A stretch of 64,000 nt of DNA from positions 416,001 through 480,000 of the forward strand of contig OZ219750.1 in assembly GCA_964291315.2 (NCBI GenBank), in the 5' to 3' direction. This document shows positions 1 through 11,002 of the stretch, one piece after another; the stretch's first letter is position 1; each line of letters opens with the position of its first letter. The stretch is from Candidatus Poribacteria bacterium. GTDB taxonomy: Bacteria > Poribacteria > WGA-4E > WGA-3G. Position numbers and translations under genes: made by a program. The notes beneath the pieces are model-generated. The model did no database searches. It was not told where the DNA came from and was given only the letters and a program-made list of their open reading frames with translations.

Positions 1-12
1 GGGAGGTTACCT

Positions 13-1506
13 TTGGACAAATTGAGTGTAAAAGATGAAAAGAGCACTTTGGCAGATGCGCTCACCCCGAAACAGATCGTCAAGGAGTTGGATAAGTATA
101 TTATCGGCCAGTTTGAAGCCAAACGTTCTGTAGCGATAGCACTCCGAAACCGGACGCGTCGTCAGATGTTAACAGAAGAGATGCAGGATGAGGTGTTACC
201 AAAGAACATAATCATGATAGGTTCAACGGGGGTTGGTAAGACAGAGATTGCTCGGAGACTTGCTCGCTTGGTGGACGCGCCTTTCATCAAGGTGGAGGCC
301 TCAAAATATACGGAGATTGGCTATGTCGGTCGAGATGTTGAGTCGATGATACGCGATCTGACAGAAACGGCAATTGGTCGTGTGAAATCTGAGCAGATGG
401 AAACCGTGGAAGAAAAGGCGCGAAAAGCTGTCGAAGAGCGTCTCCTTGATGCTATTTTCCCGATGCCTCGTTCGTTATTGCGGTCTCCTCCTTCTCTCCC
501 GAACGATGCCTCGGAAGAACACGAAGAACACAAGGAAGATGATAGGATGATTCAACTCCGATCTGATCTGGGATCTGATCCTGAAACAGAAGTGGAGGAG
601 GCACAAGAGAAGGAGCGGCAGCGGTATCTGAAAACTCGTGAAAAATTCAGAGATTATCTGCGGGAGGGTAAACTTGAAGATAAGCCTGTTGAAATCAAGG
701 CAAAACATCAAAGCATGCCGTTTGTGGAGATATTCTCCCCCGGTGGTATTGAGGAGATGGACATCAATTTTAAGGACATGTTTAGTAACATCCTTCCAAA
801 TCAGACGAAGAAACGGCGAGTTCCTGTATCTGAGGCGCGCACTATTCTCATACAAGAGGAAGCCGAAGAGCTTATTGATATGGATGCGGTTATTACGGAA
901 GCAATTCGACGCGTTGAGAACTCGGGTATCGTGTTTTTAGACGAGATTGACAAAATAGCCGGTAGAGAGTCTCGCCACGGTCCCGATATTTCCCGCGAAG
1001 GGGTCCAGCGCGATATTCTGCCTGTTATTGAGGGCAGCACCGTAACAACGAAATACGGAGCGGTGCGCACACATCATATTTTGTTCATCGCTGCAGGCGC
1101 TTTTCATGTCTCGAGTCCTTCAGACCTGATACCTGAGCTACAAGGGCGTTTCCCGATTCGTGTTGAACTTAAAAGTCTGAACAAGAGCGATTTTAAGTCC
1201 ATTCTCATAGAACCGAGGAACGCCTTGGTGAAACAGTATGCAGCGCTACTTCAAACGGAGGGGATAGAGGCAAAGATCACCGATGATGCCATTGATGAGG
1301 TTGCTGCATTGGCGTTTCAGTTAAATGAATCTGTTGAGGATATAGGGGCGCGCCGCCTGCATACGATCATGGAAAAACTCTTTGAAAACCTATTTTTCAA
1401 CGCTCCAGACCTTGATAAAGAGCAGGTCATTATTGATGCCGCCTACGTCAAATCAGAGTTGTCGGGTATTGTTGAAAATCAGGATTTGAGCAGGTACATC
1501 CTCTGA
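13..1506 (+). CDS. hslU: ATP-dependent protease ATPase subunit HslU (ClpY)
   Basis: [17 protein letters not shown] start, [22 protein letters not shown] Walker [33 protein letters not shown]-terminal DLSRYIL; TTG start after GGAGG. Confidence 0.97.
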   Translation: MDKLSVKDEKSTLADALTPKQIVKELDKYIIGQFEAKRSVAIALRNRTRRQMLTEEMQDEVLPKNIIMIGSTGVGKTEIARRLARLVDAPFIKVEASKYTEIGYVGRDVESMIRDLTETAIGRVKSEQMETVEEKARKAVEERLLDAIFPMPRSLLRSPPSLPNDASEEHEEHKEDDRMIQLRSDLGSDPETEVEEAQEKERQRYLKTREKFRDYLREGKLEDKPVEIKAKHQSMPFVEIFSPGGIEEMDINFKDMFSNILPNQTKKRRVPVSEARTILIQEEAEELIDMDAVITEAIRRVENSGIVFLDEIDKIAGRESRHGPDISREGVQRDILPVIEGSTVTTKYGAVRTHHILFIAAGAFHVSSPSDLIPELQGRFPIRVELKSLNKSDFKSILIEPRNALVKQYAALLQTEGIEAKITDDAIDEVAALAFQLNESVEDIGARRLHTIMEKLFENLFFNAPDLDKEQVIIDAAYVKSELSGIVENQDLSRYIL

Positions 1507-1603
1507 GTGTTTATCGGTTATTAGACGGCGGTAAGCGAACCGGGCAACAGTTCCGAAGTTTCCCTTTCTACTCATTTATGTTTTATGCTTATCCTGCAGT
1601 ACC

Positions 1604-2240
1604 GATTCCGTTGTAGCTTTAGCATTTTCATCAGATCGTAACGTCCTCGCTAGTGGGAGTTTTAAGAGAAGCCGTTTATCGAACTTGACCGCAGGTTCGG
1701 TGTCTCGTGCCACGGTCCTTCAGGGGCATCAGGATATGGTTACCACTTGGCATTCTTGCCAGACAGTAGGACGCTTGCCAGTGTAAGTTTTTACTGTACG
1801 ATTTTATCGTGGGATGTAAGAGCAGCTCAACTCCGGCACAGTCCCGCTGCAGATACGGGTTCCATCTTGAAGTTCGCTTTTTCTCCCGACAACAACATCT
1901 TAGCAAAGCGGTGGGTATTGGAATTGGAACCGGGATGCCGAAAGTACAATCTATGTCTGGAATCTGCATACGGGAAAACTTATTTCCACTTTTGAAGATC
2001 ATACTGCCCCTGTCTTTGCTTTGTGATTCTCACCAGGCATTCAGGGTAGACGCTCGCTGGGGCCGGGTGGGATCACGTCGTGCGTTTATGGTATCCGCAA
2101 ACGGCATAATTGCAAGTAACTTTTGAAGGTGATGCTGCACCGATTGTGTTTGGAGGAGGATTCCCCGGATCTCAACGGCGATGGTTTGATGAATATTTTG
2201 GATTTGGTAAGCGTCGTACGTCACATTACGGAAAGGAGCT
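1604..2240 (+). pseudogene. Degraded WD40-repeat / dockerin-like protein remnant
   Basis: Fragments in different frames: LAFSSDRNVLASGS, LAFLPDSRTLASVS..ILSWDV, FAFSPDNNILA (WD40-like) and DLNGDGLMNILDLV (dockerin/EF-hand-like); boundaries approximate. Confidence 0.65.
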
Positions 2241-2395
2241 ATTGGCGAGCAGGCGTTTGTGGAGTGTTTACAAGTGTTTTCCAGTCCACGCAACTCTCTG
2301 TTCTGAGGTTGAAAGCTCTGCTACAATTTGACACCGTCCACGTTTTATGGTAGGATAGCAGTATTAGATTGGATGTGGAAAGGGAGAAAAAATAG

Positions 2396-4213
2396 ATGAA
2401 ATTTTTACAAAAATGCGCGTTTCTGCTGGGGTTGTTTGTCTTTGTTTCATCTGTGTTCGCGGGAGAACACAAGACGGAAGAAGTCGTTCCGGCTCTAAAA
2501 AAATATGTTGAGTTCACGTTGAGCGGATCCTACGCTGATACTAAGGTTGTTAGTCCGTTTAGTACTTCCTCAACTAAGACGTTGCGCCGACTCTTTAAAA
2601 AACTAGACGCCCTGAAAGCAGATAGTGAGATTGCAGGGGTTATCTTCAAAATAGGTGATGTGGGTGGAGGATGGGCAACGTTCCGAGAAATTCGTAACAA
2701 ACTTCGCGAATTCTCCGAAGTAGAAAAAGAGACGATTGGGTATTTGGAGAGTGGTGGGCGCGCTGAGTACCTCCTTGCAGCTGCGATGGATCGCGTTGTT
2801 CTGATGCCCACTGGTGGTCTCAATTTAACGGGCTTACGCGCCGAAGTCATGTTTTATAAAGGTTTATTCGACAAGTTAGATATTCAAGCCGATATGTTGG
2901 CTATGGGAAAATACAAATCCGGTATCGAGCCTTACATGCGCGAGGGGATGTCGGAGGCGTTTCGTGAATCGATGAGAGCGGTGCTTGATGATTTGTATGC
3001 TCAATTATTGAACTCTATCGTTGAGAGTCGAGACAGTTTTACTGCGGAAAGCGCGTCGGATTTGATAGACCGCGGGCCCTTTACAGCGGAAGAGGCACTG
3101 CAGGAGAAGCTGGTTGATACGTTACAATACTATGATGAACTCCTTGAGGCCTTGAAAACAGCATCTACAGAAGAGAATGTTGAAGTGGTTAGGCCGGACT
3201 ATGAGCGCAAACGGAAAGTCCCGGATATGAATAGTTTTGTTGGACTTATGCAGTTATTCAGTATGCTCAATCCCCAGCAGCGCCCGCAGCGCACTTCTGA
3301 TAATCAGATCGCGCTTATTTATGCTAATGGTCCTATCTTGCCGAGTGTTGGATCACTTTTCACTTCAATGTCTGTGATTACGCCGGATGTGTTAAAAGAG
3401 GCTTTAGAGAAAGCACGTACTGACGATTCGGTTCGGGCAGTTGTGCTGCGCATAGATAGCCCCGGTGGTTCTGCTCTTGCTTCCGATCTGATATGGCGAG
3501 AGGTGATGCTCACGCAGCGTGAGAAACCGGTCGTTGTTTCGATGGGCGATGTCGCTGCGTCAGGAGGTTACTACATCGCTATGGCGGCTGGAACGATCGT
3601 TGCGCATCCGAGTACACTGACCGGCTCAATCGGTGTGTTCGGTGGTAAACTGAACATGAAGGGATTCTATGACAAGATTGGGTTGACCAAGTCGATTATC
3701 AGAAACGGACAGAACGCTACCTTTCATTCAGATTATGGAGGTTTTACGTCTAGTGAACGGGAGCGCGTCGAGAAGATAATGACAACGGTCTATGAGAATT
3801 TTGTCAGCAAAGCCGCAGCCGGCAGAGGCAAATCCTTTGCTGAGGTTGATGAAATTGCACAAGGACGCATCTGGACTGGAAAACAGGCGAAGGCACTTGG
3901 ACTCGTTGATAAACTCGGTGGGCTTGATACTGCTGTGTCTATTGCTAAGGAACAGGCTGGTTTTTCTGCTGGCGATAAGGTTGACCTGATGGTATTGCCG
4001 AAACAGAAACCGTTTTTTGAACAACTCATGGAGCGGATGATTCAAGATACCGAGGGTTCGGTACAGCTGCCCCTACGGTTGACGGTGGGTCATCCTCTGC
4101 TGTTTATGTTAGGCTCGCGGTGGGAGTCTGTCGTTACTTGGTTGAGTCTGTTTGGTGTTGAGGATGGGATACAGGTGGCTACAATTTTACCTTATGATAT
4201 TTCAATTCGGTGA
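2396..4213 (+). CDS. sppA: Signal peptide peptidase SppA, 67K type (protease IV)
   Basis: Two S49 domains, GKYKS, LRIDSPGGSALASD, VSMGDVAASGGYYIA, TGSIGV, AQGRIWTG; N-terminal signal/TM segment. Confidence 0.95.
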   Translation: MKFLQKCAFLLGLFVFVSSVFAGEHKTEEVVPALKKYVEFTLSGSYADTKVVSPFSTSSTKTLRRLFKKLDALKADSEIAGVIFKIGDVGGGWATFREIRNKLREFSEVEKETIGYLESGGRAEYLLAAAMDRVVLMPTGGLNLTGLRAEVMFYKGLFDKLDIQADMLAMGKYKSGIEPYMREGMSEAFRESMRAVLDDLYAQLLNSIVESRDSFTAESASDLIDRGPFTAEEALQEKLVDTLQYYDELLEALKTASTEENVEVVRPDYERKRKVPDMNSFVGLMQLFSMLNPQQRPQRTSDNQIALIYANGPILPSVGSLFTSMSVITPDVLKEALEKARTDDSVRAVVLRIDSPGGSALASDLIWREVMLTQREKPVVVSMGDVAASGGYYIAMAAGTIVAHPSTLTGSIGVFGGKLNMKGFYDKIGLTKSIIRNGQNATFHSDYGGFTSSERERVEKIMTTVYENFVSKAAAGRGKSFAEVDEIAQGRIWTGKQAKALGLVDKLGGLDTAVSIAKEQAGFSAGDKVDLMVLPKQKPFFEQLMERMIQDTEGSVQLPLRLTVGHPLLFMLGSRWESVVTWLSLFGVEDGIQVATILPYDISIR

Positions 4214-4219
4214 TGGTTT

Positions 4220-5026
4220 ATGGAATCCAAGACTAACTTTCATGTTGATTTGACGGACGATCAGGTTGCTTTTTTCCAAGAAAACGGGTACCTGAGCATT
4301 CCGCGTATTACGACAGATGAAGAGATTGAGTGGCTCAAAGGGATTTATGATGTGCTTTTCACAGGGCGGACTGGAGAAGCAGAGGGGCGCTATTTTGATT
4401 TGGCGGGTCCGCGGGCACACGGTGGACGAGAAACGTTGCCACAGGTATTGGGGCCAGAGGCGCGATTTCCGGAACTCCGTGAGACTGTTTATTTTCGAAA
4501 TGCGCACAAGCTTGCCGCGATGCTACTTGGTATAGAAGGGGATCAGGTCAATGGGGGCGGTCACATGATTTTAAAGCCTGCATACTATGGAGGTGAAACG
4601 CCGTGGCATCAAGATGAAGCATATTGGAATCCTGAGATTCTACCGCATAGCTTGAGTGTTTGGCTTCCACTTGACAAAGCAACGGTTGAGAGCGGGTGCC
4701 TCCAGTTTATTCCAAAATCGCACAAAGCGGAGGTGCGTTGGCACCGTCATATTGACAATGATCCACTCGTGCATGGATTGGTAACGGATGACGTTGACAC
4801 ATCACAGACAGTGGCGTGTCCGATACCGGCTGGAGGAGCAACGTTCCATCATTGTAGGACTTTGCACTATTCCGCGCCTAACAGCACGTCAGAAGTCCGG
4901 CGGGCGTATATCCTCGTTCTGAGTGGGCCTCCGCGGAAATTGGATAAACCGGCGCATCGTCCGTGGCAAACGGAGGAGCAAGAGGCGCTTGCAAAACTGA
5001 AATCGTTAGCAGTAGGGTTGACCTAG
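4220..5026 (+). CDS. Phytanoyl-CoA dioxygenase (PhyH) family Fe(II)/2-oxoglutarate oxygenase
   Basis: LTDDQVAFFQENGYL, TPWHQDEAYW (HxD), GCLQFIPKSH, TLHYSAPN..RR. Confidence 0.9.
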   Translation: MESKTNFHVDLTDDQVAFFQENGYLSIPRITTDEEIEWLKGIYDVLFTGRTGEAEGRYFDLAGPRAHGGRETLPQVLGPEARFPELRETVYFRNAHKLAAMLLGIEGDQVNGGGHMILKPAYYGGETPWHQDEAYWNPEILPHSLSVWLPLDKATVESGCLQFIPKSHKAEVRWHRHIDNDPLVHGLVTDDVDTSQTVACPIPAGGATFHHCRTLHYSAPNSTSEVRRAYILVLSGPPRKLDKPAHRPWQTEEQEALAKLKSLAVGLT

Positions 5027-5061
5027 TTTAAGGATTTGCTATCGGGGCGGCATTCACGATT

Positions 5062-6096
5062 ATGAAAATTATCTGTACCGGCATCAGTTGTTCGGGACGC
5101 AAGGAATTGATGGCAGACTTCGCGGCGTTCTGTGCACAGAGGGGACTGAATATAGGCTTTTTCAATGTCGGTGATTTTATGCACCGGATTGGTGCGGAAT
5201 CTCACGTCGATTTTACCGAGAAAGTGCTTGATTCGGATCCAGCAGTTTTGTCATTAGCACGGCGTACGGCTTTCTATGAGATCGCACAACTCGCTGCGGA
5301 TTATGAACATACCCTTATCGGACTTCATGCGTGTTTTCGGTGGCGTGGTAGTCTTCTTGAGGGCTTCTCTTTCAAAGATATTGAGATTATCCAACCTGAT
5401 ATGCTCATCAACGTTGTTGATAATGTCGCAGACATATCTGCACGGATGGAAAAGTCGATGCAGTGGTCAGGCATGGGGAGATCGACACTCAATGTTTGGT
5501 TGGATGAGGAAGAGTTCCTCACTCGGCAACTGGCACAACTCATTGAGAAGCCGTACTATGCCGTAGCAAAACAACACACACTCAAAAATTTCTATGAATT
5601 ACTCTTCTCACCAAGGAAGCCGGTATTTTACCTCAGTTATCCGATTACGCTCTTAACAGATACACCAAAAGAGATTGAGACGATCCGCCAGATGGGAGAT
5701 GAGTTGAGTAGTTTTTTTATTGTTTTTGATCCCCTTTCTATTAAGGATATGGCATTGGTGACGGTTGGTGGAGAAGCAGGGGATAACACACAGAGCGTGT
5801 CGACTGTTGGTGAGATGCGTAAGGACGTGGTCGAGCAGATTAAAACCAGAACGATTTCGAGGGATTATCAATTTATCCATCAGAGTGATTTTGTGGTTGT
5901 CATTTATCCTACGGATAAATTATCACCTGGTGTGTTGAGTGAAATGAATTATGCGTCTCGCCATAATAAGCCGGTGTATGCAGTCTACAATGGGGTGCGG
6001 AGTATTTTCTTTGAAAACTTGTGTGAGCGCATCTTTGATACTTTTGAGGACCTCAAAGACTTTTTGTATAAAACATATAAGATGGATGCCTCGTAA
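5062..6096 (+). CDS. P-loop nucleotide-kinase-like domain fused to a nucleoside 2-deoxyribosyltransferase-like domain
   Basis: N-terminal ICTGISCSGRK P-loop-like motif; C-terminal FYLSYP..RDYQFIHQSDFVVV..SPGVLSEMNYA..KPVY resembles the NDT/DNPH1 fold signature. Confidence 0.6.
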   Translation: MKIICTGISCSGRKELMADFAAFCAQRGLNIGFFNVGDFMHRIGAESHVDFTEKVLDSDPAVLSLARRTAFYEIAQLAADYEHTLIGLHACFRWRGSLLEGFSFKDIEIIQPDMLINVVDNVADISARMEKSMQWSGMGRSTLNVWLDEEEFLTRQLAQLIEKPYYAVAKQHTLKNFYELLFSPRKPVFYLSYPITLLTDTPKEIETIRQMGDELSSFFIVFDPLSIKDMALVTVGGEAGDNTQSVSTVGEMRKDVVEQIKTRTISRDYQFIHQSDFVVVIYPTDKLSPGVLSEMNYASRHNKPVYAVYNGVRSIFFENLCERIFDTFEDLKDFLYKTYKMDAS

Positions 6097-6206
6097 GATT
6101 GGTATTCTGTTCTGAATGTTTCATGGGCTCCCAATTTTGAGACGTTCCGGCTCAAGTTAGAATGATAGGGTACAGGGCGTAATGCTGTACGGTACTACTT
6201 AAAAAC

Positions 6207-7103
6207 ATGAAAATCGCCATCCTCTCCCGGGGACCTCAAAACTATTCCACTCGCAGCCTCAGTGAAGCCGCACGGAGCAAAGGACACACTGTCGAAATTT
6301 TAGATCCCTTCGGTTTTTACCTCCATATCGGTTGCAATAATAGTCGCATCACCTATCATGGAAAACCGGCAGAAGATTTCGATGTTATTGTGCCGCGCCT
6401 GAGTCGTACAACGGTGCGTTATGGCGAAGCGGTCGTGATGCATTTTGAATGGATCGGTACGCCTGTGGTAAATCGGGCAAGAGCGATCGTGATGGCGCAG
6501 CACAAATTTCATTCTTTGCGTATCCTTGCACAGCACAGGTTACCTGTTCCACCGAGTCTCACCGTCGGATCCTCCACATTTTTAGAGGGTGCTGTAGCCG
6601 AAATGGGAGATTATCCGTTTATTTTAAAACCTTTTCATGGGACACAGGGCAGAGGTGTAATGTTATTAGAGACACCGACATCGTTTACTTCCGTGGTGGA
6701 TACCTTGTGTGATCTCCATGAAGATTACGTGATTCAGCCTTTTGTTTCAGAAGTGGGAGGCATGGACCTCCGAGTTCTCGTTGTAGGTGGTAGAGCGATT
6801 GCGGCCATGAAAAGGAGGGCACCTATGGGTGAATTTCGTGCGAATATCCACAGAGGGGGCTCTGGTGAAACGGTCACGCTTCAAGATAAATATACTGATG
6901 TTGCTATCAAAGCCGCCGCCGCACTTGAATTGGAAATAGCAGGAGTCGATCTACTCCAGACAAACGAAGGCCCTGTTGTGCTGGAGGTTAACCCGTCACC
7001 CGGGTTTGAGAAGCTAGAAGCGGTTACAGGAGTCAATATAGCGGATGCAATTATTGAATTCGTAACGGATTTTGCCCAAGGGCGTGCTTCTATTCATGCT
7101 TAA
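6207..7103 (+). CDS. rimK: RimK family alpha-L-glutamate ligase (ATP-grasp)
   Basis: MKIAILSR..YSTR, KPFHGTQGRGV, DLRVLVVGG, FRANIHRGG, AGVDLL, LEVNPSPG. Confidence 0.88.
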   Translation: MKIAILSRGPQNYSTRSLSEAARSKGHTVEILDPFGFYLHIGCNNSRITYHGKPAEDFDVIVPRLSRTTVRYGEAVVMHFEWIGTPVVNRARAIVMAQHKFHSLRILAQHRLPVPPSLTVGSSTFLEGAVAEMGDYPFILKPFHGTQGRGVMLLETPTSFTSVVDTLCDLHEDYVIQPFVSEVGGMDLRVLVVGGRAIAAMKRRAPMGEFRANIHRGGSGETVTLQDKYTDVAIKAAAALELEIAGVDLLQTNEGPVVLEVNPSPGFEKLEAVTGVNIADAIIEFVTDFAQGRASIHA

Positions 7104-7188
7104 TGTGTGAAATCTTGCCAGCCCTATTCTATCCAATGAAAGCAGATCCTAACCTATACCGATCCTTACGAGGCAAGTAGCAGCACAG

Positions 7189-8382
7189 ATGGATGATATT
7201 CCCCGGAAAATATTGATGTTCAATCACGAATTCCCACCGATCGGTGGCGGTGGCGGTTGGGTTAGCTATTTTTTAGGTAAACATTTTGCGGCAGCAGGAC
7301 ACGATGTACATCTGATTACTTCACAATTTCGTGGTTGTCCGAGAGAAGAGGAAGTTGAGGGTTTTCATGTGCATCGGGTGCGTGCGCTTCGGAAGAACCG
7401 GGATGTATGTGCGGTTCATGAGATGTTGACTTATGCGGTCAGCTCAAGTGTTTATGGACTTCGTTTCGCTAAGCGGTTTAAGCCCGATATCGTTCAAGTC
7501 TTTTTTGGTATTCCTGCCGGAGGAGGAGCGTATCTTTTGAAGAAATTCCGTAATGTACCGTATGTCGTGTTTTTAGGCGGGCGCGATGTGCCGCGCCGCA
7601 ATCCGGATCCTCCGTATTATCGCTGGCTATACTTACCGCTGAAGCCAATTATCCGATCGATTTGGAGCAACGCATCGATAGTTGTTGCTTGTAGCGCCGG
7701 TTTGCGTGAGCTTGCGCAAAAAACTGCTCCTGATGTGAAAATGCGTGTCATCCCGGATGGCTTAGACTTGGGTAGTTTCGAGCCTGCACCACGCAAGCCT
7801 TGTCTAGAGAGGGTTCGAATCCTCACTATCGGACGTCTCATTCCACGCAAGGGTTTCCAATTTCTGATCCGAGCGATTCCAGAAATCGTTGAAAATGCAG
7901 TCCACAACTTTGAAATTGAGATTGTCGGCGATGGACCCTATCAGAAAGATCTGCTGAAATTAGCGAATCAACTTGACGTAACTAAATATATCCGTTTTGC
8001 AGGTTCGGTGTCCTATTCGGAGCTACCGCAGAAATACCGGGAGGCTGACATCTTCATTTTGCCATCTCTTGCAGAAGGCATGCCGCTTGTCGTTTTAGAG
8101 GCAATGGGGACCGGGTTACCGATTGTTGCTAGCCGTGTTCAAGGTATTGAGGAACTCGTGGTAGAGGACGTTAACGGTGCACTTTTTGATCCAGGGGATG
8201 CTATTGGACTCGCGCGGAGCCTTGTCAAACTCATTAATGCAGGGCAGGGGCGTGTTGAAATGGGGAATGTCAGCGTTGAACGTGTTAAACCCTACGATTG
8301 GAAAAACATCTCCGCTGCTTACTTAACGCTTTATGCTGATATTTTGGGAAAAGATGCCAGTTGGTCTGATAGACATCAGTAG
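7189..8382 (+). CDS. Glycosyltransferase family 4 protein
   Basis: EFPPIGGGGG N-terminus, GRLIPRKG, DIFILPSLAEGMPLVVLEAM. Confidence 0.92.
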   Translation: MDDIPRKILMFNHEFPPIGGGGGWVSYFLGKHFAAAGHDVHLITSQFRGCPREEEVEGFHVHRVRALRKNRDVCAVHEMLTYAVSSSVYGLRFAKRFKPDIVQVFFGIPAGGGAYLLKKFRNVPYVVFLGGRDVPRRNPDPPYYRWLYLPLKPIIRSIWSNASIVVACSAGLRELAQKTAPDVKMRVIPDGLDLGSFEPAPRKPCLERVRILTIGRLIPRKGFQFLIRAIPEIVENAVHNFEIEIVGDGPYQKDLLKLANQLDVTKYIRFAGSVSYSELPQKYREADIFILPSLAEGMPLVVLEAMGTGLPIVASRVQGIEELVVEDVNGALFDPGDAIGLARSLVKLINAGQGRVEMGNVSVERVKPYDWKNISAAYLTLYADILGKDASWSDRHQ

Positions 8383-8456
8383 GGTGTGTAGGGAATGAAA
8401 ACGTTTCGCCTGCCCCAAAGATCGGTGTTGACAACCGTAAAGAAGGACAATAATAG

Positions 8457-9911
8457 ATGCTTCCGATAAGAATCCTTGCCATCGGTGCGGGTGGTCTACA
8501 ACGCGCCTTGACACACGAATTTGTTCATATCCTTAACCAGCGCGATCTCTACAGTGGCGGTATCTTTATTGGGCAGCCGCGCGGCAGTGAGAAAGCGGAT
8601 GCCTTTAACAGACAAAACGGGGTGTACCACGTTGTCACATTCGATTTAAATGGTATCCACAACGTCCAAGAGGTGTCAAGTGTCGTTGGCGCGACGACTC
8701 TTGCTACAGAAGCCGGTCGTGAGCGATTTTATAATCAGACCGAGAAGCCGCTGGATCTTGTCCTTATCGGTGTAACCGAAGCCGGTATTGCTAAGGGCGA
8801 GTTGGCAATGGATGTTTTGGAGGAGACTCTCTATCGCTATTTTTCCCACCACGGTGCCGGTGCGACGCTCTGCGTTATTAACACCGATAATCTCCGAAAT
8901 AACGCGGACATTATTCGGGGTATTCTCTGTGATGAGTATCCGAACCGCAGCAGGGACTACACTGGGTGGTTAGAGACAAACGTCGGTTTCCTCAACGAGA
9001 TAGGAGACCGGCTTGTGCCGCAAGTCTACGCTGTGCCAGATGAAATTAGAGAGGAGGCACGGTTCCAAATTGGGATCCCCGATGAACTGATAACCTACGC
9101 TGAGAAGATGCCGGCGGCACCACTTATCTTGGAGGACTTGGGGGGCATGTTACGCGTTCCGTTTGGTGAACTTCAGGACTATGGTGTTGTTGTGAGTCGA
9201 GAAAGTATCGAACCGTATCATGATTGGAAATTGCTCTTGGTGAATTCTGTGCATGTACCGGGAATTACGCACAAAGGTGTACTTTCTGGTATAGCGGCCG
9301 TTAACCAAGCTGCGACACATCCCACTTTCGCGCCGCACCTTGAACGCCTCATGGAGGGTTATGCTCAGATTGTGGAAGCGGACATTCCGATACCGGGAAA
9401 GAGTGCAAGGGCATATACGTTGGAGTTTGTTGACCGTATCCGCAACGTTAAAGATGACAATGCTCGAATTAACATCATCGAAACTGTGAAGTTGCGCGAG
9501 CGCGCTGCAGACATCGTCCGCTCGCCAAACTACGGTACCAGCACGGAACTTTTTAAAACTGATTTCGCGTATTCCTTCGCAGCGGTGCTCCGATTTCTAA
9601 CGCCGCATGCGGTATCCGAGGTGGACACCTATAACGGCATCACTGATTCTGGCTCTGTGTATGAGATCCGGGACCCTGACCTGACAATACAGAACGTCCT
9701 GAACGGGGCATTTGGGGCAAGCCGCACGGATGTGACGGAACGCATTTCTGCCATTTTTTCTAATGCGATGTTGTGGTCGCCTGCTGGGACTATATCACCG
9801 GCCGGTTTGGACGAGAATCAGGATTTTATGGGACGCGTCGTGAAATATTATCATCGATTAGTTAGCGGAGAAACGTGTCTTGAAGTTTTAGAAAGTATTA
9901 ATGGCACATAA
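8457..9911 (+). CDS. Mannitol dehydrogenase family protein (tagaturonate/altronate reductase-like, divergent)
   Basis: IGAGGLQRA Rossmann motif, GVTEAGI, NTDNLRNN, IGDRLVP, WKLLLVNSVH. Confidence 0.65.
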   Translation: MLPIRILAIGAGGLQRALTHEFVHILNQRDLYSGGIFIGQPRGSEKADAFNRQNGVYHVVTFDLNGIHNVQEVSSVVGATTLATEAGRERFYNQTEKPLDLVLIGVTEAGIAKGELAMDVLEETLYRYFSHHGAGATLCVINTDNLRNNADIIRGILCDEYPNRSRDYTGWLETNVGFLNEIGDRLVPQVYAVPDEIREEARFQIGIPDELITYAEKMPAAPLILEDLGGMLRVPFGELQDYGVVVSRESIEPYHDWKLLLVNSVHVPGITHKGVLSGIAAVNQAATHPTFAPHLERLMEGYAQIVEADIPIPGKSARAYTLEFVDRIRNVKDDNARINIIETVKLRERAADIVRSPNYGTSTELFKTDFAYSFAAVLRFLTPHAVSEVDTYNGITDSGSVYEIRDPDLTIQNVLNGAFGASRTDVTERISAIFSNAMLWSPAGTISPAGLDENQDFMGRVVKYYHRLVSGETCLEVLESINGT

Positions 9912-10053
9912 CCGTCAGCAGCCAGTTAATAATTAACGGTTTTCAGTCTCTAGTTATCAAGATAGAGACTTTGTAAAATTTAAGTATATTGTCCTTACCG
10001 TAATACTTGATTGACGACTGACGGCTATTCTGAAAGCTGGCAGCTGATAACGA
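9912..10053. repeat. Heptamer-periodic imperfect inverted repeat (REP/MITE-like)
   Basis: Left arm CCGTCAG CAGCCAG..TTTTCAG..TTATCAA; right arm TTGACGA CTGACGG..CTGAAAG CTGGCAG CTGATAA; lies between convergent genes. Confidence 0.65.
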
Positions 10054-10054
10054 A

Positions 10055-11002
10055 TTAAAGCGAAATAACGCCTTTTTTGCGTTGCAGGACGGCCTCGTAG
10101 AACTGCATGGTGCCGACACAGTCGTGGATGCTTGAGACGGGCTCTCGGTCTTCACGGATAGCCGTGACAAATTCGGTGAGGCTGATACCGTCCCCTGTTA
10201 GTTCTCCGTTACGCTGGTCGGAAAAATTTGAGGTGAAGGTATTCCCGGATTCTGTGTAGTGTTGGGCACCCCACAATCCATCTAAGACGATGTATTCGTG
10301 TTGTCCGGTAATTTCGATATAGTCGTAGTTGCGCTGCCATAGGCGTTGACTGTTTAGTTGTAAGCTTCCTACTGCACCGTTTGTGTATTCTACGGCGACA
10401 GCAAATGCGCCTTGTCCATCAACTTCATTGCAAAAAACGCTGAGTTCCTTCACGTCCGCACCGGCGATGTACCGCGCTAAATCGAAATGGTGGATGGCAA
10501 AATCGAGCAGATAACTTTTGATTGTCGGATATTTCCCACTACAGAAAGAGCAGAAAAGTTGTGTGAGCTGTCCGAAGGGTTTGGTCTGCATAATTTGCTT
10601 TGCTTTTCGAACACCGAGGCTAAACCGGCGTTGAAAATTCACCATTAGTGTTTTGCCGTGTTGTTCTGCTGTTTCTGCCAAAGCGATAGTTTCTGCAAGA
10701 GAAGGGGCCGGAGGTTTCGGAACAAAGACATGATAGCCGGCAGCGAGCGTTTCAAGCACGAGCGGTTGTCGTGGATCGGGTCCCATGCAGATGACGACAG
10801 CCTCAAGGTCTTCCTTTTCAAACATTTCATGCCGATCGGTGTAGTATCTACCTGTTCCGAATTTACCGGCAGCATCTTTTGCCCGATTTTCATCGGCATC
10901 GCAAACGGCTTGCAATGCGACAGGGGCGAGGTGAAGGGCGGGATAAATAGTGTGTCTTGCAAAACCGCCGGCACCGAGAAATCCAATCCGAAGAGGTTCC
11001 AT
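10055..11002 (-). CDS. Gfo/Idh/MocA family oxidoreductase
   Basis: LRIGFLGAGGFA, HVFVPKPPA, VNFQRRF, DFAIHHFD; start moved to ATG 11002 (MEPLRIG). Confidence 0.9.
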   Translation of the reverse strand: MEPLRIGFLGAGGFARHTIYPALHLAPVALQAVCDADENRAKDAAGKFGTGRYYTDRHEMFEKEDLEAVVICMGPDPRQPLVLETLAAGYHVFVPKPPAPSLAETIALAETAEQHGKTLMVNFQRRFSLGVRKAKQIMQTKPFGQLTQLFCSFCSGKYPTIKSYLLDFAIHHFDLARYIAGADVKELSVFCNEVDGQGAFAVAVEYTNGAVGSLQLNSQRLWQRNYDYIEITGQHEYIVLDGLWGAQHYTESGNTFTSNFSDQRNGELTGDGISLTEFVTAIREDREPVSSIHDCVGTMQFYEAVLQRKKGVISL

